A DNA stretch of 64,000 nucleotides from Roseibacillus sp. (GCA_051251855.1 JBPOGI010000002.1:192001-256000), one strand, 5' to 3'; numbered from the stretch's first letter, positions 21,511 through 30,984 are shown. Program-made: numbers and translations. Notes: generated by a model from the letters alone, not told the origin.

Positions 21511-23106
21511 ATGAAAAACAACCAACTCTTTATCTGGGCTCTCACTTCTGCCCTCGCAGGTTTCCTCTTTGGATTTGATACTGTGGTTATTTCCGGTGCA
21601 GAGAAAACGATTCAAGATCTTTGGGACCTGAATGGTTCTCAGCATGGATTGGCTCTGTCGGCAGCTTTATGGGGCACGGTTCTGGGCTCCATTTTTGGTG
21701 GTTGGCCTGCCAATCGGTTTGGACGTAAGGGGACTCTGTTGTGGATTGGTATTCTCTATTTTATCTCGGCAATTTGGTCGGCTCTGTCGAATGACCTGAT
21801 TCCATTTGTGATGGCTCGTTTTATTGGAGGGATAGGAGTCGGTATTTCGACGGTAGTTGGGCCGATGTATATTTCTGAGATTGCGCCTGCTGAAAAGCGG
21901 GGTCGTCTGACGGGTATGTTCCAGTTCAACATTGTCTTCGGTATTCTGGTCGCCTTCTTATCCAATTGGCTGATTGGACGGGCGATGGGGGAGGTGGCTT
22001 GGCGTTGGATGCTGGGGGTCGAAGCGATACCGGCAGTCATTTATGCGCTGATGTGTCTTCGCATTCCGGAGAGTCCGCGTTGGCTGATTACTCAGAAGGG
22101 TGACCGAGCCGAAGGTAAGCGGGTACTGGGGCTGTCGCGTCCTGAGGCTTCCGAAAAAGAGTTGGAAGCCCTTGTGGTCGAGATCGAGTCTCATAGTGGG
22201 GCAGAGCCCAAGAGTGGAAAGATTCCGTTTCGCCGTCTGAAGATTCCTCTGATGCTAGCCTTCTTGATCGCATTCTTCAATCAGCTCTCTGGCATTAACG
22301 TGATTCTCTACTTTGCGCCGCGTCTGCTTGGTTTGGCTGGGATTGAGAATCCGTTGGCTGCCGCCATTTGGTTGGGCGTGGTGAATCTTATTTTCACGTT
22401 TGTTGGTCTTTACCTCATCGACCGTTTGGGCCGCAAGAGTCTTCTTTTTATCGGGTCCATTGGGTATATTGCCTCGTTAGGAATCTGCGCATGGGCCTTC
22501 TTGAGTTTTCCGGGGTTCAAGGTCGTCTCTTCGGCAATCGACTATCAGAGTGCTGCCGAGAAGGTAGATAAGTTGGAGGTGACCAAGCGCTCTTTGTCGC
22601 ACACTGAGAAACCCGCGGCTGCGCAGAGCTTGAAGGAGAAAGGAGCTGCTTTGGTAGCTGCGACGAATTTGCCAGACTACAAAGGGGATAAGGTCGTTGT
22701 AGGTGATCACGCGTCAACTGTGGACGCGGTTCAGACCGCCCAAAAGGCTAAGGCTGATGCCTCCAAGGTTCTGGGAGGAATGAGCACGCTTGTTCTCGTA
22801 TGTTTGTTAGGTTTCATTGCGTCTCATGCCATGGGCCAAGGGGCGGTGATTTGGGTTTTTATTGCTGAGATTTTTCCCAACGCCTTTCGAGCTGCTGGAC
22901 AATCCTTCGGTTGCGCTACTCACTGGGTCTTTGCCGCGCTCTTGTCGCTGTTATTCCCAATTGCGATTACGAAATTTGATGCCGGCTACATCTTCGGCTT
23001 CTTTGCTTTCATGATGGTGCTGCAGTTGCTCTGGGTCCTCGTGATGGTTCCTGAGACCAAGGGGGTGCCTCTTGAGGAAATGGAGAAGAAGCTCGGAATT
23101 TCCTGA
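21511..23106 (+). CDS. Sugar porter family MFS transporter
   Basis: GFLFGFDTVVISGA, FGRK, PESPRWL, QLSGIN, PETKG. Confidence 0.95.
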   Translation: MKNNQLFIWALTSALAGFLFGFDTVVISGAEKTIQDLWDLNGSQHGLALSAALWGTVLGSIFGGWPANRFGRKGTLLWIGILYFISAIWSALSNDLIPFVMARFIGGIGVGISTVVGPMYISEIAPAEKRGRLTGMFQFNIVFGILVAFLSNWLIGRAMGEVAWRWMLGVEAIPAVIYALMCLRIPESPRWLITQKGDRAEGKRVLGLSRPEASEKELEALVVEIESHSGAEPKSGKIPFRRLKIPLMLAFLIAFFNQLSGINVILYFAPRLLGLAGIENPLAAAIWLGVVNLIFTFVGLYLIDRLGRKSLLFIGSIGYIASLGICAWAFLSFPGFKVVSSAIDYQSAAEKVDKLEVTKRSLSHTEKPAAAQSLKEKGAALVAATNLPDYKGDKVVVGDHASTVDAVQTAQKAKADASKVLGGMSTLVLVCLLGFIASHAMGQGAVIWVFIAEIFPNAFRAAGQSFGCATHWVFAALLSLLFPIAITKFDAGYIFGFFAFMMVLQLLWVLVMVPETKGVPLEEMEKKLGIS

Positions 23107-23142
23107 CGAAAGAGCTCTCCTTGCTTTGGCAGATAAAGGAAG

Positions 23143-23193
23143 TGGAGCCGCTGGTCGGAATTGAACCGACGACCTATTCATTACGAGTGAATT
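23143..23193 (-). repeat. att site: 3' half of tRNA-Thr(CGT) duplicated on integration
   Basis: Reverse complement AATTCA-CTCGTAA-TGAATAGGTCGTCGGTTCAATTCCGACCAGCGGCTCCA gives anticodon arm, T arm, acceptor 3' strand and CCA. D arm and 5' acceptor strand are absent. Lies directly upstream of an integrase. Confidence 0.88.
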
Positions 23194-23287
23194 TGGTTTT
23201 AATTAAATTGAACTTATTTTGAGTGAGTTATGACTACGGTGGTTAATTTTCCTTGAGCAGTTGCCAAAATAATTGCCAATTTTGGCA

Positions 23288-24670
23288 ATGGCAAGACCGA
23301 AGCAAGTTACCCGTTTCACGATCTCCCGGTTCACCAATGGCTCGGGTTCGGTCTCGTGGAAGGTGGCTGGTACGATGCCGGATGGGACGAGGGTTCGCAA
23401 AAATTTTCCCACAAAAGCAGAAGCCCTTCAACAGCAGTCCGACCTCGAGTTAGAGGCTGATGGATTTGCTGAGCAACGTCCTACCCAACGAACTTCTCTA
23501 ACAGTAGAGCAACTGGCTGATGCGGAAGCTGCTTTTCAACAGATTGGATTGAGAAGCTTGTCCACAATTGTCTCGCGTTACCTTGCTCTCGACTCCCGAG
23601 CAAAAGAGAAGGGGGCCACCTTTGATGATGCTGCTGCATTCTTCGAGGCCCGCTTTCGTCCAGAGACAGAAGTGATCACCATTCTCAACGCTACGGATAA
23701 GTTCCTGAAGTCCCGCCATGAAATCGAAGAGGCGACTGAGCGGAATTACCGAAGCACTTTCAAGCTACTCCTGATCCCTGATCCTAATCGGTCCGTTCAT
23801 GAGTTTACCGTCTCAGATTTGGAGGAGAGAATCTCCCGCTACAAGAATCTCAATACCCGGAAGTCTCACCGTCGAATCTTCAACGTCTTTTTCCGATGGG
23901 CGCAGCGTCACCACTACTGTCTAGAGAATCCCTGTGACCGTCTGGACCAGTTACCGAAAGAGAAACGACAGATTGCCATTCTCTCGTTGGATGAAGTGCA
24001 AAGGCTGCTTACCGCTGCCATGGAGTTTCAAGGGGGAGTGTCCGTTGCTCCCATAGCCATTGCTCTCTTTGCTGGACTGCGACCAAGCGAACTAGCTGAT
24101 CTGAGTCCTAGCGACCTATCTTCAAAGCGGATTAGGGTGGGAGGTGGAAAATTGAGGAGAACAACGAATCGTTCGACGCCCATTCCTGACGTCTTAACAA
24201 AGTGGCTGAAGGAGTTTCCATTCGAGGGAATACCAAAAGGGTGGGCTTACAAGATGACCAAGCTAAAGACACTCACCCAAGCTAAAAACTGGGTGCCAGA
24301 TGTTCTTCGCCACACCTCAGTTTCGTATCAGGCCGAGCGAGACAAGGATGAGGCATTAACGGCCTTCAACTGCGGAACCTCGGTTCAGATGATGGACCAG
24401 CATTACCGGGACGTGATTGATGAAGAGAGTGCGGTGGATGACTTTTGGAATTTGACCCCGGCGGAGGTGAGGACTGCGGCAATAGCTGTCTCTATTCCGC
24501 ATGTGAAGACGGTGAAGTGGCCGACTAAGGCGCAACTTCAAAAGCAGGTTTGGAGGCAGCCCCTTATCAAGCTTGCAGAGGAGCTTGATGTTTCAAACGC
24601 CGGGCTCAAGAAGCGATGTGAGAAACTAGGTCTCAAGCTTCCTCCCCGAGGATACTGGTTGCGGAAGTAG
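23288..24670 (+). CDS. Tyrosine recombinase/integrase with C-terminal HTH-like extension
   Basis: FAGLRPSE (Arg I), VLRHT (Arg II), QHY (Tyr), RHHYCLENPC; adjacent to the tRNA att fragment. Confidence 0.92.
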   Translation: MARPKQVTRFTISRFTNGSGSVSWKVAGTMPDGTRVRKNFPTKAEALQQQSDLELEADGFAEQRPTQRTSLTVEQLADAEAAFQQIGLRSLSTIVSRYLALDSRAKEKGATFDDAAAFFEARFRPETEVITILNATDKFLKSRHEIEEATERNYRSTFKLLLIPDPNRSVHEFTVSDLEERISRYKNLNTRKSHRRIFNVFFRWAQRHHYCLENPCDRLDQLPKEKRQIAILSLDEVQRLLTAAMEFQGGVSVAPIAIALFAGLRPSELADLSPSDLSSKRIRVGGGKLRRTTNRSTPIPDVLTKWLKEFPFEGIPKGWAYKMTKLKTLTQAKNWVPDVLRHTSVSYQAERDKDEALTAFNCGTSVQMMDQHYRDVIDEESAVDDFWNLTPAEVRTAAIAVSIPHVKTVKWPTKAQLQKQVWRQPLIKLAEELDVSNAGLKKRCEKLGLKLPPRGYWLRK

Positions 24671-25018
24671 TGGTCGAGGTTGCAGGAGAAAACACCCTTA
24701 AATTTTCTCGAGAATCTCACTTGCAAATTTTGAAGCAAATGGGACTTTGAACTCGCCAAGTAGGTTCTAAGGATAAAACGACCTATTTGGTATTGTAGCT
24801 GTGCACCGTGAAATACCGGCGCATTCGGGATTAAGCAAAAAAACGGCAGCGCTGAACTGGAGTGAAAAACACGCTTCGCGAAGTAGGCGACCGCAGAACA
24901 AGCCAAGCGCACCTCAAGGTGATGCCTCAGAATACGTTAATCTAGACTCAGCAAATTTTTTGTTGCTGAAGCCCTTGGTTCGTAGCTGTCGCACTCATTA
25001 CCGGGCGCATCTCGAATT

Positions 25019-26209
25019 ATGAATAGCTATCAAGAACTGAATGAAAGTGATGCCAATTTGGTATCAGGTAAGAATTTGGAAATCGAACAATCGGCGGAGA
25101 CCGGGCCGATGGTCGTTCCTTCAATCCCTGAGGAAGAATCGGATACGAAGCCGATGGTCGTTCCTTCAACCCCTGAGGAAGAGTCGGATACGGTGCCGAT
25201 GGTCGTTCCTTCAACCCCTGAGGGAGAGTCGGATACGAAGCCAATGGTCGTTCCTTCAACCCCTGAGAAAGAGTCGGATACGAAGCCAATGGTTGTTCCT
25301 TCAACCCCTGAGGAAGAGTCGGATACGAAGCCGATGCTCGTTCCTTTAACCTCAGAGGAAGAGTCGAAAACGGTGCCAATGGTCGTCCCTTCAACTCCAA
25401 AGGAAGAGTCGAATACGGAGCCGACGATCGTTTCTCCTGCCTTAGAGAAAGAGTCGGACATGGTGCCGATGTCCGTCTTTCGAGGCTCTGAGAATGGTCA
25501 GAGCAACATTCAAGTATCCAAGGAATCGCTTGAAGCGGAGGTCCTGAAAATTAAAAACGAGTTAAAAGGGTTAGCTCGCAAGACCTTAATCTGCGCTTTC
25601 AAGCTAGGGGAAATACTGACCATTCTTAAAAAAGAAGCTGGCCATGGGCAGTGGGAGGGCTACCTCAAATCAGTGCTGCGAATTTGCCCTCGTAGTGCGA
25701 GAAATTACATCACAATTTATGATGGGCTGAAGGTGATTCCAAATATTCTTCTGCTGTTGAAATCGGAATCTATGGCCGATTTGGGAGTCACTAAAGCTCT
25801 TGAATATATTCGGGAGAAGAAGAAGGAAGGTAGGCTTGTTACTGAAGAGGACCTTCTCAAATTTGAACCTAAAGAAAAATCTAAGCCAGAACCGAAGCGT
25901 AATGACTCAATAGCACTCGCGGATGGGAAAAAGCTAAGCATGAAGAAGCTTGGCTGGAACGATGGCCTTATCCGATGGGATGAGCTGATTAAGTCTAGGT
26001 TGCTAGTAGGTGGACCAGCAGGCGATGCGGAACTCTCTGCAAGAGCTCAAGTGCAACAGATGGCGTTGGTTCTTATCGCGGGTTTGAACCGGGGCTGTGG
26101 TTCAGCGCCAAAGGACGCTGTAGCAGAGGTTTTTAAGTCCGCCGTGGAGGAGGTCAGGAGCCTCTTGGTTGAGCAAAACGACCGCGCCGAAGAGGAGGAG
26201 AGGCCCTAG
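25019..26209 (+). CDS. DUF3102-like domain protein with N-terminal 15-aa repeats
   Basis: KLGEILTILKKEAGHGQWEGYL...RSARNYITIY matches the DUF3102 pattern. Confidence 0.75.
   Translation: MNSYQELNESDANLVSGKNLEIEQSAETGPMVVPSIPEEESDTKPMVVPSTPEEESDTVPMVVPSTPEGESDTKPMVVPSTPEKESDTKPMVVPSTPEEESDTKPMLVPLTSEEESKTVPMVVPSTPKEESNTEPTIVSPALEKESDMVPMSVFRGSENGQSNIQVSKESLEAEVLKIKNELKGLARKTLICAFKLGEILTILKKEAGHGQWEGYLKSVLRICPRSARNYITIYDGLKVIPNILLLLKSESMADLGVTKALEYIREKKKEGRLVTEEDLLKFEPKEKSKPEPKRNDSIALADGKKLSMKKLGWNDGLIRWDELIKSRLLVGGPAGDAELSARAQVQQMALVLIAGLNRGCGSAPKDAVAEVFKSAVEEVRSLLVEQNDRAEEEERP
25105..25470 (+). repeat. 45-bp tandem repeat, about 8 copies, in frame
   Basis: Unit GCCGATGGTCGTTCCTTCAACCCCTGAGGAAGAGTCGGATACGAA encodes PMVVPSTPEEESDTK and decays toward the 3' end. 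Confidence 0.95.
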
Positions 26210-26282
26210 CCTAGTATTTGAGCCCTGTATCTAGCCTTGTCATTGTGATGGGGCTGGGTGTTCGGCAACCAAACTTAAGAAG

Positions 26283-27407
26283 ATGAGTAAAACTACTTCA
26301 ATTCAGTGGTGCGATAGCACTGTCAATTTAGCGATGGGCTGTGATGGCTGTGAGCTCTGGCCAACTCGTGCGCGACTTACCGGAGACCTAGTTCAAGCTT
26401 TAGAAAAATTCTCCGAAGCCGGCAAAGAGAGCATCAAGAGTAAGGTCGATGCCGCATTTGGAGAATCAAACAGCGTGGTCATATTGTGGCTTCGGCGGGA
26501 AGATATCTTGATGAGTCTTTGGAAGGAATACCCCGCGGCTTCAGTGTGGGTTCTACGCGATACTTTTGAACGTGGATTTAGATGTTACGCCGGATTTCTT
26601 CACCTCATGCGTGGAGCATCTTTGTCCGACCTCAGTAAGGCTGCGGTAAAAGGATACGCCGCGAATTTTGATCGTCCGGAAATGTTCCCGGGTCGAATGA
26701 AGGATACCGCGAAATTGAAGAACCTCACGGGACAACTAAGGGAAGGCAAACCGTGGCTTGACGGATTGCCACGACTGATTTTTGTCTCTGATATGGGAGA
26801 CGCTCTCAGTCGTTCCATCCCATTTGATTACCTGAAATCTGAGCTGATCAATATTGTTAACACTGAAGAGGGAAGGCGGCATGTTTGGCTTTGGCTCACC
26901 AAGCGTCCACACCGAATGAAGGAGTTTGCACTCTGGTTGAAAAAGGAGCACGGGCAAGCTTGGCCGGAAAACCTCATGGCGATGACCTCAGTGACAGATC
27001 AAGCGTCCACGTCGAGAGTTGAATCCTTGCTGGAGATTCCTTGTAAACTAAAAGGGTTGAGCGTTGAGCCACTAGTCGGGCCTGTGAAGCTCAATCTTGA
27101 AGGGATTGATTGGGTTATCATTGGTGGTGAGAGCGGCAAGCATGCTTGTGAGTTTAATATTCAGTGGGCGCGAGACCTTCGCATGCATTGCCAAGAAAGC
27201 GGGGTCGCGTTTTTTGTGAAGCAACTCGGAGCGAATCCGGTGGATGGAGGGTTCCCGTTGTTCCCAGAAGATGGGCATGGCGGGGACTGGGAGGAGTGGC
27301 CAAAAGAGCTACGAATCCGTGAAATACCCAAACACATTGTTTCAGTGGTTAGTACCCCAAAGAAGGACCAAAACAAAGAAAGGAAAAGCTATGCTGGATC
27401 AAAGTAG
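26283..27407 (+). CDS. DUF5131 / phage Gp37-Gp68 family protein
   Basis: TSIQWCDST.N, IFVSDMGD, LTKRP, SVEPL, IDWVIIGGESG, FFVKQLG. Confidence 0.9.
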   Translation: MSKTTSIQWCDSTVNLAMGCDGCELWPTRARLTGDLVQALEKFSEAGKESIKSKVDAAFGESNSVVILWLRREDILMSLWKEYPAASVWVLRDTFERGFRCYAGFLHLMRGASLSDLSKAAVKGYAANFDRPEMFPGRMKDTAKLKNLTGQLREGKPWLDGLPRLIFVSDMGDALSRSIPFDYLKSELINIVNTEEGRRHVWLWLTKRPHRMKEFALWLKKEHGQAWPENLMAMTSVTDQASTSRVESLLEIPCKLKGLSVEPLVGPVKLNLEGIDWVIIGGESGKHACEFNIQWARDLRMHCQESGVAFFVKQLGANPVDGGFPLFPEDGHGGDWEEWPKELRIREIPKHIVSVVSTPKKDQNKERKSYAGSK

Positions 27408-28635
27408 AATAACTGTGCTGACCGATCGCTTCAAAGTCAAATCTGAGCTCCTTGAACCTGATGGGGAATTTCAGCTCGACGAATTCCTTGTGCCCTTGAA
27501 GGGACATTGTGCCCTCGACAAGGTCAAAACTGACGATGGGGCGAGTCTCGTGTATCGTTCACGATTTGACATTTTTTCGCGAGGAGCGCTTCGTGTGAGG
27601 ACTCAATCTCGAACGAATGGGAGCACGCGCCGGGAAGAGCAATTCATCTTATCGATAGAGCTAAACCTCCGAACCCTGCTTTTCGGACACAACGGCGTTC
27701 CCATTCGAAACAGCAATGAGCTTTGTTTCGCTCTTGCAGTCATTGCCCATGCTCTCAGTAAGATACTCGTTAATCCTGAGTTGGCGGTGGAGCTCATACC
27801 CGGGGCGGGTAGCAGGCAATGGTCCTATTGGAGCCGGATTGAGTTGGCTTTGGATGTCGCTGATCCTGGAAGGGATATTCTTGGAGCTATGAACAGCTCT
27901 CGAAGTCCGAGAATCCGGAAGAATGCAACTTTTTATCCCAATTCTGTCTACCTGCAGGGGACAAATGCAACAATCAAGGCCTACGACAAAGTAGCGCAGA
28001 TGATGGATAAGCACGATGTGGCAAGGAGGGACGTTATTGCGGATGATGAGCCTCTTACTAGACTGGAGATCGTTCTCGAAAGAGAGAAGTTGGTCGACTT
28101 TGATATGCTCGCCAATTCGGCGGACTGGCCCAAGCGAATGCAGATAGCCGGCAAGTCTCGGCTGGTATCTTTTACATTGGAGAAGCTAGCGAGATGGCAT
28201 CGAAGTTACTTCTCCGAACTTCATGCCGTCTTTTACGCTGAGGCGTCCGAGGGGGCAACCAGACGTGAGAACTATGCAGCTGTCCTAGCGGCTGTCGCCC
28301 ACAAAGGAAAGGTATCCCCCAACGAAGTGCGAGACGCGATAGTTAAATATGGCAATATGAGTAAAACCACAGCTGATCGATTTCGTGTCGAGGTGGAAGA
28401 CTTCTCTGCAGCTCGTAGTGAACTGAAGGCTGAAAAGATTCTTTCTGAGAAGGCCTACAGGAATCCTCCCATACTTGCCGTAGAAGGCCGAAAAGGCTGT
28501 GATTTCTACTTACGCTATTACGGCTCTTCACAGATGTTTCAATTCGAACAGCCGATTCGAAGAGCCTATTGTGATAAAGACTCTGGAATATTCACACCAA
28601 AGCAGGATTTGATGTACTTCCGTCCTGGAGCGTAG
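27391..28635 (+). CDS. Putative rolling-circle replication initiator/relaxase (gene II/X, Rep_trans-like)
   Basis: Start MLD; motifs LLFGHN, RIELALD, KAYDK, RLEI in the order seen in phage/plasmid replication protein II/X family. Confidence 0.62.
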   Translation: MLDQSRITVLTDRFKVKSELLEPDGEFQLDEFLVPLKGHCALDKVKTDDGASLVYRSRFDIFSRGALRVRTQSRTNGSTRREEQFILSIELNLRTLLFGHNGVPIRNSNELCFALAVIAHALSKILVNPELAVELIPGAGSRQWSYWSRIELALDVADPGRDILGAMNSSRSPRIRKNATFYPNSVYLQGTNATIKAYDKVAQMMDKHDVARRDVIADDEPLTRLEIVLEREKLVDFDMLANSADWPKRMQIAGKSRLVSFTLEKLARWHRSYFSELHAVFYAEASEGATRRENYAAVLAAVAHKGKVSPNEVRDAIVKYGNMSKTTADRFRVEVEDFSAARSELKAEKILSEKAYRNPPILAVEGRKGCDFYLRYYGSSQMFQFEQPIRRAYCDKDSGIFTPKQDLMYFRPGA

Positions 28636-28638
28636 TGG

Positions 28639-28983
28639 TGCCAACTACGTGGCGCTCTTTCGCGATGGGCGAAGCCCAGAGTGGAAGGAGCGCTACTTTC
28701 GGCGTGGGCGTTAGCCCGCGCCTTCTCGAACCACCTTGATACCTACGAATGGCGGTAGCGACAGTCAGGCCTTGCGCAGCAAGGACGGACCGAGCACCGC
28801 CGTTCGACCTCCGAGGACCTAAGACTTTGAAAGGGCATGGGGGACCCAAGACTGAGGTAGTCCGGGCCGAGCGAAGCGAAGGCATCGGGCTACGAAGTCG
28901 CCGGGGTCATCCGAAGGATTGCGCAGCGCGATAGCGCGGAGCAACCTGCCCCTCCAAAGTCAATGTCCCGGCACGTAGCGGCA
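28639..28983 (+). other. Multi-branched structured non-coding element (putative single-strand origin or ncRNA)
   Basis: Nested stems with G-T wobble on the + strand and C-GNA-G / C-GNNA-G loops, directly after the rep stop codon. Confidence 0.7.
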
Positions 28984-29019
28984 ATACTTTGCAATCACTC
29001 GTCAATACCGTAGACTAAC

Positions 29020-30237
29020 TCACTTGCTAGATTCCTCAGTCACTTCGGTCGCTCCCTGTTCGTTAGTCTGGCTGTCAGCAGTTGATGCAATGATCAGCCG
29101 CAGCTTTGTGACGTAGCCGTAGAACAAAAGGAAGGCACCAATAACAAGCAAGGCAGGGACTGTGGATTGGATGACTCCACTTGCGTTGTAAGAACCATGG
29201 ACGGTCGAAGCCACAAGAAGTCCTACCAAGAATAGCGCGCACCTCCGTGTCCTTGTCACAAAGCCGAGAGCTATGAAGTAAGAAAAGATTCCAGAAAAGA
29301 GAGCGTGGGCAAACACGAGCGACATAGAGCGCAGCATGACGTTGACCATCGCTCCCTGTACTCCTTCTACAAAACCTTTCGCTCCAAAGTTCATAGCCAG
29401 TTCGGCTGACATCATGATCGAGCGGTCAGCATACGACATGTTCTCGAACGCCGCGAAGCCGAGACCAGAGAATAATCCTACGAGGATAATCTTCATCGGT
29501 TCTGCGCTCTTCCTCTTCCAGAGCAGGTAGGCCGCGACGGGAACCATCTTGAGCAATTCCTCGCAAAGACCAGTCTGAAAAACTGAGCCAAAAAGCATGG
29601 CAGGCAAGCTGCGGCTTTGCGGTAGGTCTAAGTAAGCCTTTGGAAGGAAATCATAGACGGCGAGAAGCAAAGGAATCCCGATAACGCCTGTGAAAAATAG
29701 CGAGAGTAGGGGGAGTTTCCAGCTTCCGTTATCCTCTAGAATGAACTTCTTAAAGATGACTCCCCAAAGGAGGGCGAAGAAGAGACAGAATCCGGTGAGT
29801 TGGATCCCCGTACTATTGAGAGAGACGAGGAGCAATGGAACAACGCCCATCGTGGCGACCGACCAAAAGATGAAATCGCGAAAGACAAGTGACATGTTCA
29901 GGGAAGTCAAAGGTAAGATCTCTTCCTTGAAGTCCATGGCCTGCAAATCGGAGAGAACTATCTTGGCATGCTTCTTGGCCTCTAAATTTCCCAAGTGGCG
30001 AGCGATGCGTGATGGCGAGTTACCGGCAGTAGAGCCTTGTCCTGATTGGCCTGGTTCGCTGGTTTCTTGCGCTGTGGTTGACTCGTCTGGTGACACGACA
30101 ATCTCAGCGCCGCAAGAAGGACATTCAGATTTAAGGCCGACTTGGCCTAAGTCGGCCGAAATGTGCTGGCCACATGACTGGCAGCTAAACTTGAAGCCGT
30201 CGTCGTTCTTTGTTTCGGGTAGTGCAATCTCTGCCAT
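29020..30237 (-). CDS. PrsW family intramembrane glutamic protease with N-terminal zinc ribbon
   Basis: CQSC...CPSC; GLCEELLK, GLGFAAFEN, HALFS, HGSYN. Confidence 0.88.
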   Translation of the reverse strand: MAEIALPETKNDDGFKFSCQSCGQHISADLGQVGLKSECPSCGAEIVVSPDESTTAQETSEPGQSGQGSTAGNSPSRIARHLGNLEAKKHAKIVLSDLQAMDFKEEILPLTSLNMSLVFRDFIFWSVATMGVVPLLLVSLNSTGIQLTGFCLFFALLWGVIFKKFILEDNGSWKLPLLSLFFTGVIGIPLLLAVYDFLPKAYLDLPQSRSLPAMLFGSVFQTGLCEELLKMVPVAAYLLWKRKSAEPMKIILVGLFSGLGFAAFENMSYADRSIMMSAELAMNFGAKGFVEGVQGAMVNVMLRSMSLVFAHALFSGIFSYFIALGFVTRTRRCALFLVGLLVASTVHGSYNASGVIQSTVPALLVIGAFLLFYGYVTKLRLIIASTADSQTNEQGATEVTEESSK

Positions 30238-30319
30238 TTAAGGGAGGGGTCTAAAGTTACGATAGCTCCAATAACGGAGCAAATGGAGCGTTTGGGCTTG
30301 CTACCGTCAAGCTCCGAAA

Positions 30320-30595
30320 GTGGAGCAGAAGCAACAACCTCAGAATCTTGTAGGCCCGGCAGTCCGGAGGCTGCGTATGGCTGCGGGGTTATCTCAGGAG
30401 AGTTTCGCTACGAAGCTGCAACTGAGCGGTTGGGATTTGAGCCGGGGAGGACTATCCAAAATTGAAGCTCAGCTAAGGCGCGTCAATGATGCCGAGCTGT
30501 ATCTACTTGCCAAGGCTTTCAAGTGTGAGATGGGGGATTTGTTCCCAAAGCGTCCAGCCAACTTGGAGAATGTCGTTAGGTCAGCTCGCCGATAG
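30320..30595 (+). CDS. XRE-family HTH transcriptional regulator
   Basis: VRRLRMAAGLSQESFATKLQ...LSKIEAQLR. Confidence 0.88.
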   Translation: MEQKQQPQNLVGPAVRRLRMAAGLSQESFATKLQLSGWDLSRGGLSKIEAQLRRVNDAELYLLAKAFKCEMGDLFPKRPANLENVVRSARR

Positions 30596-30669
30596 CCAAG
30601 CAGGGGATGCTCTTGGGTATGTGAGAAAATAGGAGCTTGGGAAATTAGAGCGTAGTGATAAAAACGGAG

Positions 30670-30984
30670 ATGAGAATCCTCCTGCAACTGATCATTTCCG
30701 CCAGTATTTTGGGACTAGTTTCATGTTCGTCTGTGGATACAGGTAACGAACCTCCCAACTCGTTTTTCACTTCTGCAAGTCAGAACGGCGCAAGCGTAAC
30801 AAAGTCGGTGAAGCCAGATGTGAGTTCGGCACAGATCAAATCCACTGTGCCAGCCCGAAAGGTGACCAATTATTATTCATCGGAAAGCGTGAGCCAGCAA
30901 TGCTCCGGCACTACGAAAAAAGGGCGACGCTGCACACGTAAGACGACCTCCGGTGACGGGCGCTGTTATCAACACAAACGATAG
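30670..30984 (+). CDS. Small lipoprotein with C-terminal Cys/His motif (DUF5763-like)
   Basis: Lipobox LVSC; QCSGTTKKGRRC...RCYQH. Confidence 0.65.
   Translation: MRILLQLIISASILGLVSCSSVDTGNEPPNSFFTSASQNGASVTKSVKPDVSSAQIKSTVPARKVTNYYSSESVSQQCSGTTKKGRRCTRKTTSGDGRCYQHKR

Noticed and set aside
23143..23193. Intact tRNA-Thr gene
   Set aside because: D arm and 5' acceptor strand are missing; it is an att duplication
25105..25470. Possible CRISPR array
   Set aside because: Units are contiguous with no unique spacers and are in frame within a CDS; no cas1/cas2 nearby
28639..28983. Retron msr-msd or group II intron RNA
   Set aside because: No reverse transcriptase ORF in the window and no recognisable intron domain V
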